DNA from: Pseudomonadota bacterium
GTDB taxonomy: Bacteria; Pseudomonadota; Gammaproteobacteria; Burkholderiales; Burkholderiaceae_D
Assembly: GCA_040390795.1 (NCBI GenBank)
Contig: JAZJXV010000017.1
Span: 62 to 64,061, forward strand
Direction: 5' to 3'
Length of the DNA stretch: 64,000 nucleotides
Part shown: piece by piece, positions 9,332-19,600 of the stretch
Position numbering within the stretch: position 1 is the stretch's first letter
Layout: each line of letters starts with the position of its first letter
Program-made: the position numbers and the translations under genes
Notes under the pieces: model-generated
What the model saw: the letters and a program-made list of their open reading frames with translations, nothing else
Database searches by the model: none
What the model was told of the DNA's origin: nothing

Positions 9332-10252
9332 TTACTTCGGCAAACCCATCCACAAACCGACAGGCACAAACACCAGTGCCGCCAGATTACCCAGCAAGAC
9401 TATCGATGCCACTTTGTCCGGCTCCTGCTTGTATTGTTCCGCCACCATGAAGCAGAACACCGCTGGCGGCAAAGAAGCGAACAAGAACATTTGTCCGCGT
9501 TGCTCTGGATTCAGAGTGAACACCTGATCTAATACCCATGCGATAACCAAACCGGCAATTGGACAAACTGCAGCACCGACCAAACCGATATGCCAGCTCT
9601 TGAAGCTAACGTCCATCATGCGTACGCCAAGCGCAAACAACATCAGCGGTATGCAAGAGTCGCCCAGCATCTTCATCGCGGTGAACAAGGGTGCAGGCAA
9701 AGGTATGTGCACAATCGCAAACGCCATACCGATAATCATTGAAATCATCATTGGATTAGCGAGAAACTTCCAAGGCGAAACGCGTACGCCATTGTGATCG
9801 CCGCGACCACTCTCGATGATCTTGATGCCGATCGAAAAATACACCAGATTGCAGGCCATGAATAAAGCCACGGCAGAACCAAGTGCCGATGCGCCAAACG
9901 CCAGCATCGCCAAAGGCAAACCCATATTGCCGCAATTGTTGTACATCATCGGCGGTACAAAGCTGCGTACGTCGTAACCAAACATACGCGCCACCGGCCA
10001 CGCCAGTAAACCCGATCCCAATGAAATCAGGGCACCAGCCAGAATCAAGGTGCCGTTATGCGCCAGATCGAAATCCTTGGCTGCCAATGCGGTGAACACC
10101 AATAGCGGGCACAACACATCCATGCTGACGCGATTAACCGCCGTCATGTCGGAGCGAACCGATTCGCCGCGCAAACGGGCATAGCCATAACCAAGCGCGA
10201 TGATGATAAAGACCGGCAAGATAATGCCGAGTATGCGTTCAAAGATTTCCAT
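9332..10252 (-). CDS. AEC (auxin efflux carrier) family transporter
   Basis: MEIFERILGIILPVFIIIALGYGYAR start and a roughly 10-TM profile typical of PF03547-type proteins. Start trimmed to ATG 10252, which leaves room for the upstream hairpin. Confidence 0.8.
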   Translation of the reverse strand: MEIFERILGIILPVFIIIALGYGYARLRGESVRSDMTAVNRVSMDVLCPLLVFTALAAKDFDLAHNGTLILAGALISLGSGLLAWPVARMFGYDVRSFVPPMMYNNCGNMGLPLAMLAFGASALGSAVALFMACNLVYFSIGIKIIESGRGDHNGVRVSPWKFLANPMMISMIIGMAFAIVHIPLPAPLFTAMKMLGDSCIPLMLFALGVRMMDVSFKSWHIGLVGAAVCPIAGLVIAWVLDQVFTLNPEQRGQMFLFASLPPAVFCFMVAEQYKQEPDKVASIVLLGNLAALVFVPVGLWMGLPK

Positions 10253-10277
10253 TTTTTCCAACCGTTTTGACCGCAAT

Positions 10278-10310
10278 GAAAAATGCCGAACAGGATTACT
10301 CCCATCCGGC
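10278..10310 (-). terminator. Possible terminator after the GT-C gene
   Basis: Minus strand reads GCCGGATGGGAGTAATCCTGTTCGGC followed by ATTTTTC. The stem is short and imperfect. Confidence 0.4.
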
Positions 10311-10374
10311 ACTTGTATCCTTGCGCAACTTTACTACAACAAGCTTATGCGCTGCTTACAGCCCTCAGGCCCGA

Positions 10375-11907
10375 TTATCTTTTTGGAGCGCTGAGATCGT
10401 AACGCTCAAGGAATTGGCATCCGTACACTGGCAAGAATGAAGGTATCCGGTAATACAAATTAGCAACCGTTTTCAAGATGCGCTCACGATACACCTCATA
10501 GTTGAAATCCTTGCCATCGGCATACCAGAAGGTCACGCCATCCGCCTGCATGGTATGTACCGTCACGGAGGAGAAGTACGGCTTCAAATCATCAGGATTG
10601 ATCGCGCGACGATCAAAGATACGAATAGTTTTACCCGCGTATTGCTTGAAGTCGACATTCAGATCATCCTGCCGCGCGTGGAATTTACCTTGGCCAAAAG
10701 TCGGCAAGTATTCGCCTGCGTGATAAGACAACAAAGCTGCCGGTGTATAAGCACGCGCCATGATGACACCGTTCGCAGGTAAATCCTTGCGCAAGGTGGC
10801 GACTATCGTTTTCGCTTCCTTGTGGAACACGATGTCGTCATGCAAGGCGTAGTCTTTCCACATCGTGATCGGCAACAAAATGATCGCGGCCAGGAATAAA
10901 AAATGCGGCACCGAGAACCATGCAGTCCACTTCGCATATTTACGTAAATCTTCCGCGCTGCTGCAGGTACCGATGAACAAAAACAGGAAAGGCATAAAGC
11001 CCAGTACCCAATGCAAGCCTATGGTTTTTTCCATAGACAATAACAGGAACAAAGCAAAAGGCACCAGGAACAACACAACTATGGCACCGCGCTGCGCCAT
11101 CATCCCAGCAGAACGCAACAGCTTGATGAATACCCAAGGTGTGATCAGATAAACCATCATCAACAAATACTGACCTACCGTATACAGCGACCACTCTGCG
11201 TTCTCGTTGCGATTGATCATATTGAACATCACATTGGTCCAGCAGTTATGCGCGTTGAATACCACGGTGATGGCAAACAACGGTGCTGAACACAAGGCGA
11301 TGATGATCAGATTGACCCAGCCACGACGCGAGCGACACAGATAAACAAAGTAAGCAATTGCTAGCAAGCCGGCAAAGTATTTCGACAGTAACGCGCAACC
11401 AAGGAAGAGACCAGTCGCGACATACCACAAGGTTTTTCCAGACAAATTGCCGCGAATGAAGCAATAGCCGGACAGAAACATAAAGAAAATCAGCGGTGTA
11501 TCGGTCGTAACAATATTCAGCAGCAGCGTGAATGGCAGCAGCAAGAACAAAGTGCCCAACCAGTACGCAGCACCTTCCTGATACGGTGAAATTCGACGCA
11601 ACAGATCGACCATGCCCAACGCGATCAAACTCCACATCAAGACTGTGAAGAAACGCAGCGACAAAGGATGATCAGAAAAACTGTTCAATACAAACAGCAA
11701 CCAGCCCACCATAGGTGGATGATCCGAATAACCCCAATCAGGGAATACGCCCCACTGATAGAAAAATGCCTCATCACCCGTCATCGGAAAATAAGCGGCC
11801 AACCACAGCTTGATCAACAAGGTGATGGCAAATGTCCATCGAAAGACTTGCCGCGCACGTACCGGATCAGCGCCGGCGTATAGCGAACGCGTTGAGTTCA
11901 AATTCAT
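10375..11907 (-). CDS. GT-C fold glycosyltransferase (family 39/83, ArnT/PMT-like)
   Basis: 510 aa, polytopic N-terminal part with FPMTGDEAFFYQWG acidic loop motif, soluble C-terminal roughly 150 aa. AAGGAA RBS overlaps the upstream stop. Confidence 0.8.
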   Translation of the reverse strand: MNLNSTRSLYAGADPVRARQVFRWTFAITLLIKLWLAAYFPMTGDEAFFYQWGVFPDWGYSDHPPMVGWLLFVLNSFSDHPLSLRFFTVLMWSLIALGMVDLLRRISPYQEGAAYWLGTLFLLLPFTLLLNIVTTDTPLIFFMFLSGYCFIRGNLSGKTLWYVATGLFLGCALLSKYFAGLLAIAYFVYLCRSRRGWVNLIIIALCSAPLFAITVVFNAHNCWTNVMFNMINRNENAEWSLYTVGQYLLMMVYLITPWVFIKLLRSAGMMAQRGAIVVLFLVPFALFLLLSMEKTIGLHWVLGFMPFLFLFIGTCSSAEDLRKYAKWTAWFSVPHFLFLAAIILLPITMWKDYALHDDIVFHKEAKTIVATLRKDLPANGVIMARAYTPAALLSYHAGEYLPTFGQGKFHARQDDLNVDFKQYAGKTIRIFDRRAINPDDLKPYFSSVTVHTMQADGVTFWYADGKDFNYEVYRERILKTVANLYYRIPSFLPVYGCQFLERYDLSAPKR

Positions 11908-11917
11908 TCCAGATTCC

Positions 11918-12295
11918 TTAGTTCTTTACCGACAGGATGAGTACGCCTGTAATAATCAAGGCCACGCCCAGCACTTTATATATGCTGACCGACTCACCCA
12001 ATATGAAGATTCCTGCCACTGTGGTCAGTACCACGCCGAGCGAAATCAAAGGATAAGCCATACTGACTTCCAACTTACCCAGCACCAGCAACCACAACCC
12101 TGCACTCGCGCCGAAGCACAGCATACCGCCCCAGATCAGCGGACTACTCAATGCCAGCCAAAAGATCGAGCGCATATCGCTCGCCATCGCCTGCTGTATC
12201 GCTGACGATGACATGCCCATCTTCAACAGCACTTGCGCCAATGCCGTTAAACATACGCAAAAAAATGCCAGCCCCAATGCGCCAACCTGACTCAT
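11918..12295 (-). CDS. SMR/EamA-like small membrane protein (ArnE/ArnF-like candidate lipid-linked sugar flippase)
   Basis: 125 aa, four hydrophobic spans. ATGA overlap with the upstream gene (12292-12295). 10 nt from the GT-C gene. Confidence 0.7.
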   Translation of the reverse strand: MSQVGALGLAFFCVCLTALAQVLLKMGMSSSAIQQAMASDMRSIFWLALSSPLIWGGMLCFGASAGLWLLVLGKLEVSMAYPLISLGVVLTTVAGIFILGESVSIYKVLGVALIITGVLILSVKN

Positions 12296-13821
12296 GCAAT
12301 CCCCTTCAGTGTCGCCGCCCAGGCAATACAAGCGATGATGACGGCAACCGCCCAACTGGTGCGATCGGTAATCGCAAACAACAGTGGATCGTCATGAATT
12401 TCCTTGCGTGAAATTTTCAGCCACAAACGCATGATCCAGAACAACACGACCGGCAAGATCAACCACAGCAATTCGACATGCAGATACATCGCGTCGCCAA
12501 TCTGGCTATCTATATACAAGGCCAGTAACATCACCGCCACAAAACCACTGGCGATACCCATCGCAACCAAATACGGCAAATCGCTGGTGCGATAACCGCG
12601 CCCAGCCAATGAGACATGTCCATCGCCACTCATGAATTCCAGCTCGGCACAACGTTTGACCAAAGCCAGGCTGAGGAACATGAACAAGGAAACCGCCAAC
12701 AACCAGTTGGAAATCATGACAGCGCTGACCACACCACCCGCCAGAATGCGATGTGTATACAGCAAGGCCAGTACCAACACATCCACAATCGCCACCTGCT
12801 TCAGGCGCGCGGAATACAGCAGCGTTACCACCACATACAGCGCCATCAAACCGAAGAAGAGCAGAGAAATTTCAGCTGCCAGCCACAAAGAAAGCGGCAG
12901 CAGAACTGCGATCAACCCGATACCGAATGGGATCGACAAGGTCGCCGCGGCAAAAGGCCGTGCCCGCTTGCGCGGATGCGCACGATCCGATGCCAGATCG
13001 AATAAATCGTTGACGACATAAGTCGCCGATGCGCACATACCGAAGGCTATGAATGCCAATAAAGTGGACAGCCACCATGCGCCGATAAAATCATGCGCAG
13101 CCAGCAAAGGAATAAACAGCAAGGCATTCTTGGCCCATTGATGCAAGCGCAGCGCCTTGACCAGCAAACGCAATTTGAAAGGTCGCGCCGGAATGATGAG
13201 TGATGGCACTTTCAACTGCTCGGCACGACGCACTATGCTCGACGATGCATTGACGACGATCACTTCCGCCGCACGTGCCCAGACAGGCAGATCGGCAGAA
13301 CTGTTACCGGCGTAAGCAAAACCCTGCTCCCCTGCATCCTCTTCAATTGCACGCAACTTGGCAGCAGATTTCAGATTAGTCGTTTCATCACTGCCCAACA
13401 CCGCATCGAAGATGCCGAGATAGTCGGCTACTTGTTGCACCAAACCGCGATCGGATGCGCTGGCCAGAATCAAGCGCCGACCAGCGACGTGTTGCTGCTG
13501 CAAATAGGCGAGCAATGTGTCGTTATATGGCAACAGCGATACATCAAGCTTGATGCGTTTGGCGATTTGCGCTTTTAGATAGCCGCGCCCTTGCAGCAGC
13601 CAAACCACGCAGAGCAAGAGATAAAGAGGATTGCGTTTAATTAACAGCAGGACCGACTCAAACAATAAATCGGTATAAGTCAGTGTGCCGTCAAGATCGA
13701 CATACAGCGGAACAGCATTGGCAACAGGCACGCTCGCAGAATCACGCTCTGAATCGGGCGCATCAAATAAGGAACGGGAAGAATTACCAAGGGAAACGCT
13801 CAAATCACCACCTGAAAACAA
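12292..13821 (-). CDS. HAD phosphatase / UbiA-family polyprenyl-phosphate 5-phosphoribosyltransferase (DPPR synthase-like) fusion
   Basis: HAD motifs LYVDLDGTL and YAGNSSADLP in the first ~200 aa. NDLFDLASDRAHPRKRARPFAA in the membrane domain. The track start at 13821 is TTG; an in-frame GVG-type alternative (GTG, VPVANAV) exists, so the start is uncertain. Confidence 0.8.
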   Translation of the reverse strand: MFSGGDLSVSLGNSSRSLFDAPDSERDSASVPVANAVPLYVDLDGTLTYTDLLFESVLLLIKRNPLYLLLCVVWLLQGRGYLKAQIAKRIKLDVSLLPYNDTLLAYLQQQHVAGRRLILASASDRGLVQQVADYLGIFDAVLGSDETTNLKSAAKLRAIEEDAGEQGFAYAGNSSADLPVWARAAEVIVVNASSSIVRRAEQLKVPSLIIPARPFKLRLLVKALRLHQWAKNALLFIPLLAAHDFIGAWWLSTLLAFIAFGMCASATYVVNDLFDLASDRAHPRKRARPFAAATLSIPFGIGLIAVLLPLSLWLAAEISLLFFGLMALYVVVTLLYSARLKQVAIVDVLVLALLYTHRILAGGVVSAVMISNWLLAVSLFMFLSLALVKRCAELEFMSGDGHVSLAGRGYRTSDLPYLVAMGIASGFVAVMLLALYIDSQIGDAMYLHVELLWLILPVVLFWIMRLWLKISRKEIHDDPLLFAITDRTSWAVAVIIACIAWAATLKGIA

Positions 13822-13956
13822 GAGAAATATTCAATCTCGGGAAAACCACATATTGCCGGATCAGCATCACTCTGTCCGCCCACGGCCATCAAGGCGCATT
13901 GCGGGTTGGCAATTTTCCGTCTTCACATGCAGACCGTCAACCACAACCGGCGCTCT

Positions 13957-15945
13957 TCAGGATTTCAAGAGGCGGCTTTCAGCCCGTGCCAGCTCTTCTA
14001 CGGCGCCGCGCAAGACGATGGTGTCGCCTGCCATCAGGATCAGTTCCGGCGTTACATTCACGCGACCTTTGCCGCGTCGCACTGCCGTCACTTCGACATC
14101 CAGCTCTTCCAGCTTCAAATCAGCCAGCATTTTACCTACTGCCTTGACACTATCGGTCAGTGCCACCGAATGCAGACGCACCTGCAAATGCTCGGCTGCG
14201 TCCGAAACATCACTACTACCGTGGAAGAAACCACGCAAAGTTGCATAGCGCTCATTACGCGCTGCTTGCACACGATGCACCACGCGGCGCAAAGGTACGC
14301 CCAAAGTCAACATCGCATGCGAAGCCAGCATCAAACTGCCTTCCAGTGCCTCAGGCACCACTTCCGTTGCACCTGCCGCACGTAATTTATCCAGATCCGT
14401 ATCGTCGTAACTACGCACAATCACCGGCAGGTTCGGTGCCAAATCGTGCATGTGATGCAATACTTTTAACGCGGACGGCGTACTGGCATAGGTCACCACC
14501 AAGGCAGCAGCGCGATTGACGCCGGCTGCGACCAAGCTCTCGCGCCGACCGGCATCGCCATAGGACACATTGGCACCAGCCGCCTGCGCTTCACTCACTC
14601 GATCAGGATCGAGATCGAGCGCCTGATAAGTAATACCCTCTGCTTCCAGCAATTTGGCCAGACTTTGGCCGCTGCGACCGAAGCCAGCAATGATCACGTG
14701 CTGCTGCGTTGCCATCGTACGGGTCGCAATCTGCGTCAAAGCCAGAGATTGCACCATCCATTCATTGGCCGACAGCTTCATCACGATCGCATCGGATTTA
14801 GCAATGATGATGGGAGCTGCCAGCATCGATAACACCATGGAAGCCAGTATCAACTGAATAATCAGTGGCTCCACCAAATTCAAACCACCGACCTGATTCA
14901 ACAAGACAAAACCGAATTCACCAGCCTGCGCCAGTATCAGGCCCGTCCGTAAGGCCACGCCAACCGGCGCGCCGAAACATCTCGCGAGCAAGGCAATCAG
15001 ACCGAATTTTAGTAACACTGCGCCACTTAGTAACAGCAGCACCAGCCACCAATACTCAATTACCAGACGCACATTCAACAACATGCCGATAGTAATAAAG
15101 AACAAACCCAGCAGCACATCGCGGAAGGATTTGATGTCTTCTTCTACCTGATGCTTGTATTCAGTTTCGGAAATCAGCATGCCGGCAACAAATGCGCCCA
15201 AGGCCAGCGATAAGCCCGCCATTTCCGTAATCCACGCAGCACCCAAGGTAATCAGCAGCAGATTCAGCATGAACAATTCTTGCGAGCGGCGTTTGACGAC
15301 AATGCGGAACCAGCTGCGTATCAATTTATGGCCAATAAACAACAATAGAAACAAGACTATCCCGGCCTTCAGCGTCGCCCACAGCAAGGTGGTCATCAGA
15401 TCACCTTGCGGATTAGCCAGCGCTGGAATCAAAATCAGCAAAGGTACGACCGCCAAATCCTGAAACAGCAAGATACCGATAATGCGCCGCCCATGCTGGC
15501 TCTCCAGCTCCAGCCGCTCGGTCAACAGTTTGGACACTATCGCCGTCGACGACATCGCCAGCGCGCCGCCTATCGCCAACGCCGCCTGCCAGCTAATGCC
15601 GCTCAGACGCGAAGACAAATGCGCCACCAGCCAGCCAAAGATCATGGTTGCCGCAATCGTCAGCAGCACTTGCGCCATGCCGAGGCCGAACACCGTACGC
15701 CGCATTGACAAAAGTTTCGGCAGGGAAAACTCCAGCCCGATGGAGAACATCAAGAACACGACGCCGAACTCGCCCAAGGCATGCGTGGTGGCATTATCTT
15801 CCGCCCACCCAAGCGTGTGCGGCCCGATTACGATGCCGACTACCAGATAACCCAGCATGGGTGGCAGATGCATCATGCGGAAGGCAACCACGCCCAATAC
15901 CGCAGCCGCAAGCAAGAGGAGCGTAAGTTCTAAAGGGGACAGCAT
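13957..15945 (-). CDS. CPA2 family monovalent cation:proton antiporter with RCK (TrkA-N/TrkA-C) domains, YbaL/KefB-like
   Basis: 662 aa. N-terminal Na/H exchanger-like membrane domain, then Rossmann motif IIAGFGRSGQ and a C-terminal TrkA-C-like segment. Confidence 0.88.
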   Translation of the reverse strand: MLSPLELTLLLLAAAVLGVVAFRMMHLPPMLGYLVVGIVIGPHTLGWAEDNATTHALGEFGVVFLMFSIGLEFSLPKLLSMRRTVFGLGMAQVLLTIAATMIFGWLVAHLSSRLSGISWQAALAIGGALAMSSTAIVSKLLTERLELESQHGRRIIGILLFQDLAVVPLLILIPALANPQGDLMTTLLWATLKAGIVLFLLLFIGHKLIRSWFRIVVKRRSQELFMLNLLLITLGAAWITEMAGLSLALGAFVAGMLISETEYKHQVEEDIKSFRDVLLGLFFITIGMLLNVRLVIEYWWLVLLLLSGAVLLKFGLIALLARCFGAPVGVALRTGLILAQAGEFGFVLLNQVGGLNLVEPLIIQLILASMVLSMLAAPIIIAKSDAIVMKLSANEWMVQSLALTQIATRTMATQQHVIIAGFGRSGQSLAKLLEAEGITYQALDLDPDRVSEAQAAGANVSYGDAGRRESLVAAGVNRAAALVVTYASTPSALKVLHHMHDLAPNLPVIVRSYDDTDLDKLRAAGATEVVPEALEGSLMLASHAMLTLGVPLRRVVHRVQAARNERYATLRGFFHGSSDVSDAAEHLQVRLHSVALTDSVKAVGKMLADLKLEELDVEVTAVRRGKGRVNVTPELILMAGDTIVLRGAVEELARAESRLLKS

Positions 15946-16054
15946 TCTGTGGAGTCGGCCGAAGTAAGGTGGTAAAGCAACGAAGAACTATCAAACCACA
16001 TTTTTGTTACGTCTGGCAGGTTTTTTGCTTTGCGAATTCGTTTATACTTTCGGC

Positions 16055-17083
16055 ATGAGTGTATCCCATGCCCCAAACCCGCCGGCAACTTTTGATGCCC
16101 AAAGCACTGCGCGCGCCTTGCAATTTGCATGCGACACGCTGCAAATCGAAGCGGACGCCATCCTCGCACTAAAAGAGCGCATCACCAGCAAGACCAGTCC
16201 ACAGTTTATTCAGGCGTTGACTCTGTTGCTGAACTGCAAAGGCAGAGTGGTGGTATCCGGCATTGGCAAATCCGGCCATATCGCACGCAAGATTGCATCC
16301 ACGCTAGCCTCGACCGGCACGCCTGCCTTTTTCGTCCATGCGGCGGAAGCCTCGCACGGTGACCTCGGCATGATTACCGCCGATGATGTCCTGATCGGGA
16401 TTTCTTATTCCGGCGAAGCTGGCGAATTGCTCGGCATCGTGCCCACGATCAAACGCATGGGCGCACACCTGATCACCATCACCGGCAATGATGCATCCAA
16501 TCTGGCGATGCAAGCTGATGTGCATTTGAACGTGCATATCGACAAAGAAGCCTGCCCCCTGAACCTCGCCCCTACCGCCAGCACTACGGCGACTCTCGCA
16601 CTGGGCGACGCCCTCGCAGTCGCCTTGCTGGATGCACGTGGCTTCGGTGAAGAAGATTTCGCCCGCTCGCATCCAGGTGGCGCATTGGGTCGTCGCTTGT
16701 TGACGCACGTACGCGATGTAATGCGTACCGGCGACGCAGTGCCAACCGTCGCAGCCGATGCCACGCTATATGCAGCCCTGTTGGAAAGCAGCAAAAAAGG
16801 GATGGCGATGACTGCAGTCGTCGATAAAGATGGCCACGCTATCGGCGTCTTCACCGATGGCGACTTGCGCCGCCTGATCGAAACCCAACAGGATTTCTCC
16901 AAACTATCGATAGCAGAAGTCATGCACGCCCATCCGCGCAGCGTTCATCCAGAACAGCTCGCAGTGGATGCCGTCGATATGATGGAAGAATTCCGTATCA
17001 ATCAATTGCTGGTGACCGATGCCAACGGCAAGCTGGTTGGTGCATTGCACATTCACGATCTGACCCGCGCGAAAGTAATCTGA
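16055..17083 (+). CDS. kdsD: Arabinose-5-phosphate isomerase (KdsD/KpsF family)
   Basis: SIS domain (VVVSGIGKSGHIARKIASTLASTGTPAFF) plus tandem CBS. Start trimmed to ATG 16055. Confidence 0.92.
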   Translation: MSVSHAPNPPATFDAQSTARALQFACDTLQIEADAILALKERITSKTSPQFIQALTLLLNCKGRVVVSGIGKSGHIARKIASTLASTGTPAFFVHAAEASHGDLGMITADDVLIGISYSGEAGELLGIVPTIKRMGAHLITITGNDASNLAMQADVHLNVHIDKEACPLNLAPTASTTATLALGDALAVALLDARGFGEEDFARSHPGGALGRRLLTHVRDVMRTGDAVPTVAADATLYAALLESSKKGMAMTAVVDKDGHAIGVFTDGDLRRLIETQQDFSKLSIAEVMHAHPRSVHPEQLAVDAVDMMEEFRINQLLVTDANGKLVGALHIHDLTRAKVI

Positions 17084-17646
17084 TGACAGCGCCCGCAGAT
17101 ACCGTCGCAGACTCTGCCGCTTCAGCATCCGCCACAGCCCGCGCAGCCAATGTGCGGCTGATGATTTTTGATGTCGATGGCATTCTGACTGACGGCAGCC
17201 TGCATTTCGGCCCCGAAGGCGAAGTGACGAAAACATTCAATGTGCTCGATGGCCACGGCATCAAAATGCTGCAGCAATCGGGTGTAGCAACCGCCATCAT
17301 CAGCGCGCGTCAGTCGCCCATCGTATTGCGACGTGCCACAGATCTCGGCATACATCACGTATTCCAGGGCATACACGACAAGCGCAGCGCATTCGAGCAA
17401 TTGCTAGCGCAAACCAAGGTAAGCGCAGATGCGTGCGGCTTTATCGGCGACGATGTGATCGACCTGCCGATTTTGTTACGTGTCGGTTTTGCCGCCAGCG
17501 TACCGAATGCCCATGCTGAAGTACGTTCCCGCGTGCACTACGTCACCCAAGCCAGCGGCGGTCGCGGTGCAGCACGCGAACTGTGCGACTTTATCCTGCG
17601 CGCGCAAGGCAACTATGAGGCGGCGCTCGCACCGTATCTGGCATGA
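17083..17646 (+). CDS. kdsC: 3-deoxy-D-manno-octulosonate 8-phosphate phosphatase
   Basis: HAD motif FDVDGILTDG. TGATG junction with kdsD. Conserved kdsD-kdsC-lptCAB order. Confidence 0.92.
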   Translation: MTAPADTVADSAASASATARAANVRLMIFDVDGILTDGSLHFGPEGEVTKTFNVLDGHGIKMLQQSGVATAIISARQSPIVLRRATDLGIHHVFQGIHDKRSAFEQLLAQTKVSADACGFIGDDVIDLPILLRVGFAASVPNAHAEVRSRVHYVTQASGGRGAARELCDFILRAQGNYEAALAPYLA

Positions 17647-18236
17647 GACGTCCCACCAATAGCGTACGCATCATCGTGCTGCTTGCACTCAGCGCTGCAT
17701 TAGCGCTGGGCAGCTTTTGGTTAGTGGAAGTCATGCGCAGGCAAACTGAAGATACGCTGCCAACCAAACCACGTAGCGATCCGGATTTCTATGTCGAGAA
17801 ATTCAATTTCGTGCAGATGGGTAAAGATGGTGAAGCACGCTACAACCTGACTGGAAGCGAGATGAAGCATTACCCTCTCGACGACTCCTATCAGATACAA
17901 AATCCGATCATGCACAGCTTCAGCAAAGACAAGCCTGCGATGGTCAGCCGTTCGCTGCGCGCAACCCTGCTCAACGCAAACAATGAAGTACACATGTACG
18001 ATAACGTAGTCATTGATCGTCCTGCATCCGCCACCTCACAACATTTTCAACTCAAGACTTCGTATTTGTTATTGCTGCCGGACGAAGACATCATGAAAAC
18101 ACCCAAGCCGGTAGAGCTAAAACTCGGCACCTCAGTCCTGACTGGCACTGGCATGTTTGCCAATAATGCAACCGGTGAGTTTCGTTTATCCAGTAACGTA
18201 AATGGTTTGTATCAGGCAGCAACGCGCCACAATTGA
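17643..18236 (+). CDS. lptC: LPS export system protein LptC
   Basis: N-terminal TM anchor followed by a beta-jellyroll-like sequence. ATGA overlap with kdsC. Position before lptA. Confidence 0.88.
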   Translation: MRRPTNSVRIIVLLALSAALALGSFWLVEVMRRQTEDTLPTKPRSDPDFYVEKFNFVQMGKDGEARYNLTGSEMKHYPLDDSYQIQNPIMHSFSKDKPAMVSRSLRATLLNANNEVHMYDNVVIDRPASATSQHFQLKTSYLLLLPDEDIMKTPKPVELKLGTSVLTGTGMFANNATGEFRLSSNVNGLYQAATRHN

Positions 18237-18282
18237 GCGCGCGATTCGACCTTTACTCGACGCATTCTTTTAGAGAATTCTC

Positions 18283-18837
18283 ATGAAACGATTACTATCC
18301 GCACTGCTGCTTATCGCTGGCGTCAGCACCGTACTCAGTGCGCACGCCGAAAAAGCTGATGCGACCAAGCCGACCAACGTCGAAGCCAATCAAATGGAAT
18401 ACGACGACGTCAAGCAGATCAACACCTTCACCGGCAACGTCGTCCTGACGCGCGGCACCATCTTGATGAAGGCCAACAAAATGGTCGTGAAACAAGATCC
18501 CGCCGGCTATCAGTTCATCACGCTGTACGCGCCACCCGGCGGCCTGGCAACCTTTCGCCAGAAACGCGATGGCGGTCCAGATCAATGGATAGATGGCCAA
18601 GCCGAACGCATCGAGTATGACGACAAGGCCGAGATCATGAAGCTGTTTTCCAAGGCACGCATGCGTCGCCTGGAAAATGGCAAACCGACTGACGAAGTCG
18701 AAGGCGAATTCATCTCCTACGACACGCGCGCTGAATTCTTTACCGTCAACAACACTGCATCCGGCGACAGCAAACAAGGCGCCGGACGCATCAAGGCCGT
18801 GATCCAGCCACGCGCCGCTGATACAAAGGCAAAATAA
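18283..18837 (+). CDS. lptA: LPS transport periplasmic protein LptA
   Basis: Signal peptide ending SAHA. OstA-like motif [24 protein letters not shown]. Confidence 0.92.
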   Translation: MKRLLSALLLIAGVSTVLSAHAEKADATKPTNVEANQMEYDDVKQINTFTGNVVLTRGTILMKANKMVVKQDPAGYQFITLYAPPGGLATFRQKRDGGPDQWIDGQAERIEYDDKAEIMKLFSKARMRRLENGKPTDEVEGEFISYDTRAEFFTVNNTASGDSKQGAGRIKAVIQPRAADTKAK

Positions 18838-18838
18838 G

Positions 18839-19579
18839 ATGTCGAGCAAGCTGATCGTTAACGGACTGCAAAAAAGCTACGGCGCACGCCAGGTTGTGCG
18901 CGATGTCGCCTTGCAAGTTGAAAGCGGCGAAGTCGTTGGTCTACTCGGCCCGAATGGTGCCGGCAAAACCACATCGTTTTACATGATCGTCGGATTGGTG
19001 CCATCCGATGCCGGCCGCATTGAGCTGGATGGCGTCGACATCTCACGCCTGCCTATACACAAGCGTGCGCAGCTCGGTCTATCCTACCTGCCGCAGGAAG
19101 CATCGGTATTCCGCAAGTTGAGCGTCGAAGACAATATACGCGCGGTACTTGAATTGCAACGCCCCAATGGCAAGCCATTGAACAGCTCGCAAATTGAAGA
19201 GCGCCTCGATACGCTGCTGGCCGATCTGCAAATTGAAAAGCTGCGCGAAAATCAGGCACTGTCCTTATCCGGTGGCGAACGCCGTCGCGTTGAAATCGCA
19301 CGTGCACTGGCAACCAATCCACGGTTCGTGCTGCTCGACGAACCGTTTGCCGGTGTCGATCCGATTGCCGTGATTGAGATTCAACGTATTGTGCGCTTCC
19401 TGAAAGAACGCAATATCGGCGTACTCATTACCGACCACAATGTGCGCGAAACATTAGGTATCTGCGATCGCGCTTACATCATTAACCAGGGCGCAGTATT
19501 GGCCAGTGGGCGACCTGACGACATCATTGCCAACGAATCGGTACGTCGCGTCTACCTGGGCGAACACTTCCGCATGTAA
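18839..19579 (+). CDS. lptB: LPS export ABC transporter ATP-binding protein LptB
   Basis: Walker [10 protein letters not shown], signature LSGGERRR, Walker B VLLDEP; 246 aa. Confidence 0.96.
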   Translation: MSSKLIVNGLQKSYGARQVVRDVALQVESGEVVGLLGPNGAGKTTSFYMIVGLVPSDAGRIELDGVDISRLPIHKRAQLGLSYLPQEASVFRKLSVEDNIRAVLELQRPNGKPLNSSQIEERLDTLLADLQIEKLRENQALSLSGGERRRVEIARALATNPRFVLLDEPFAGVDPIAVIEIQRIVRFLKERNIGVLITDHNVRETLGICDRAYIINQGAVLASGRPDDIIANESVRRVYLGEHFRM

Positions 19580-19600
19580 GCGCGGAAGAGAAAAAAGTCT

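Noticed and set aside
18295-18849. 184-aa minus-strand ORF almost exactly mirroring lptA (also 184 aa)
   Set aside because: It is fully antisense to a gene with a clear signal peptide and OstA motifs. Its product is Cys/Gly/Ala/Asp-rich and has no RBS context. This is the typical shadow ORF of a GC-biased coding region.
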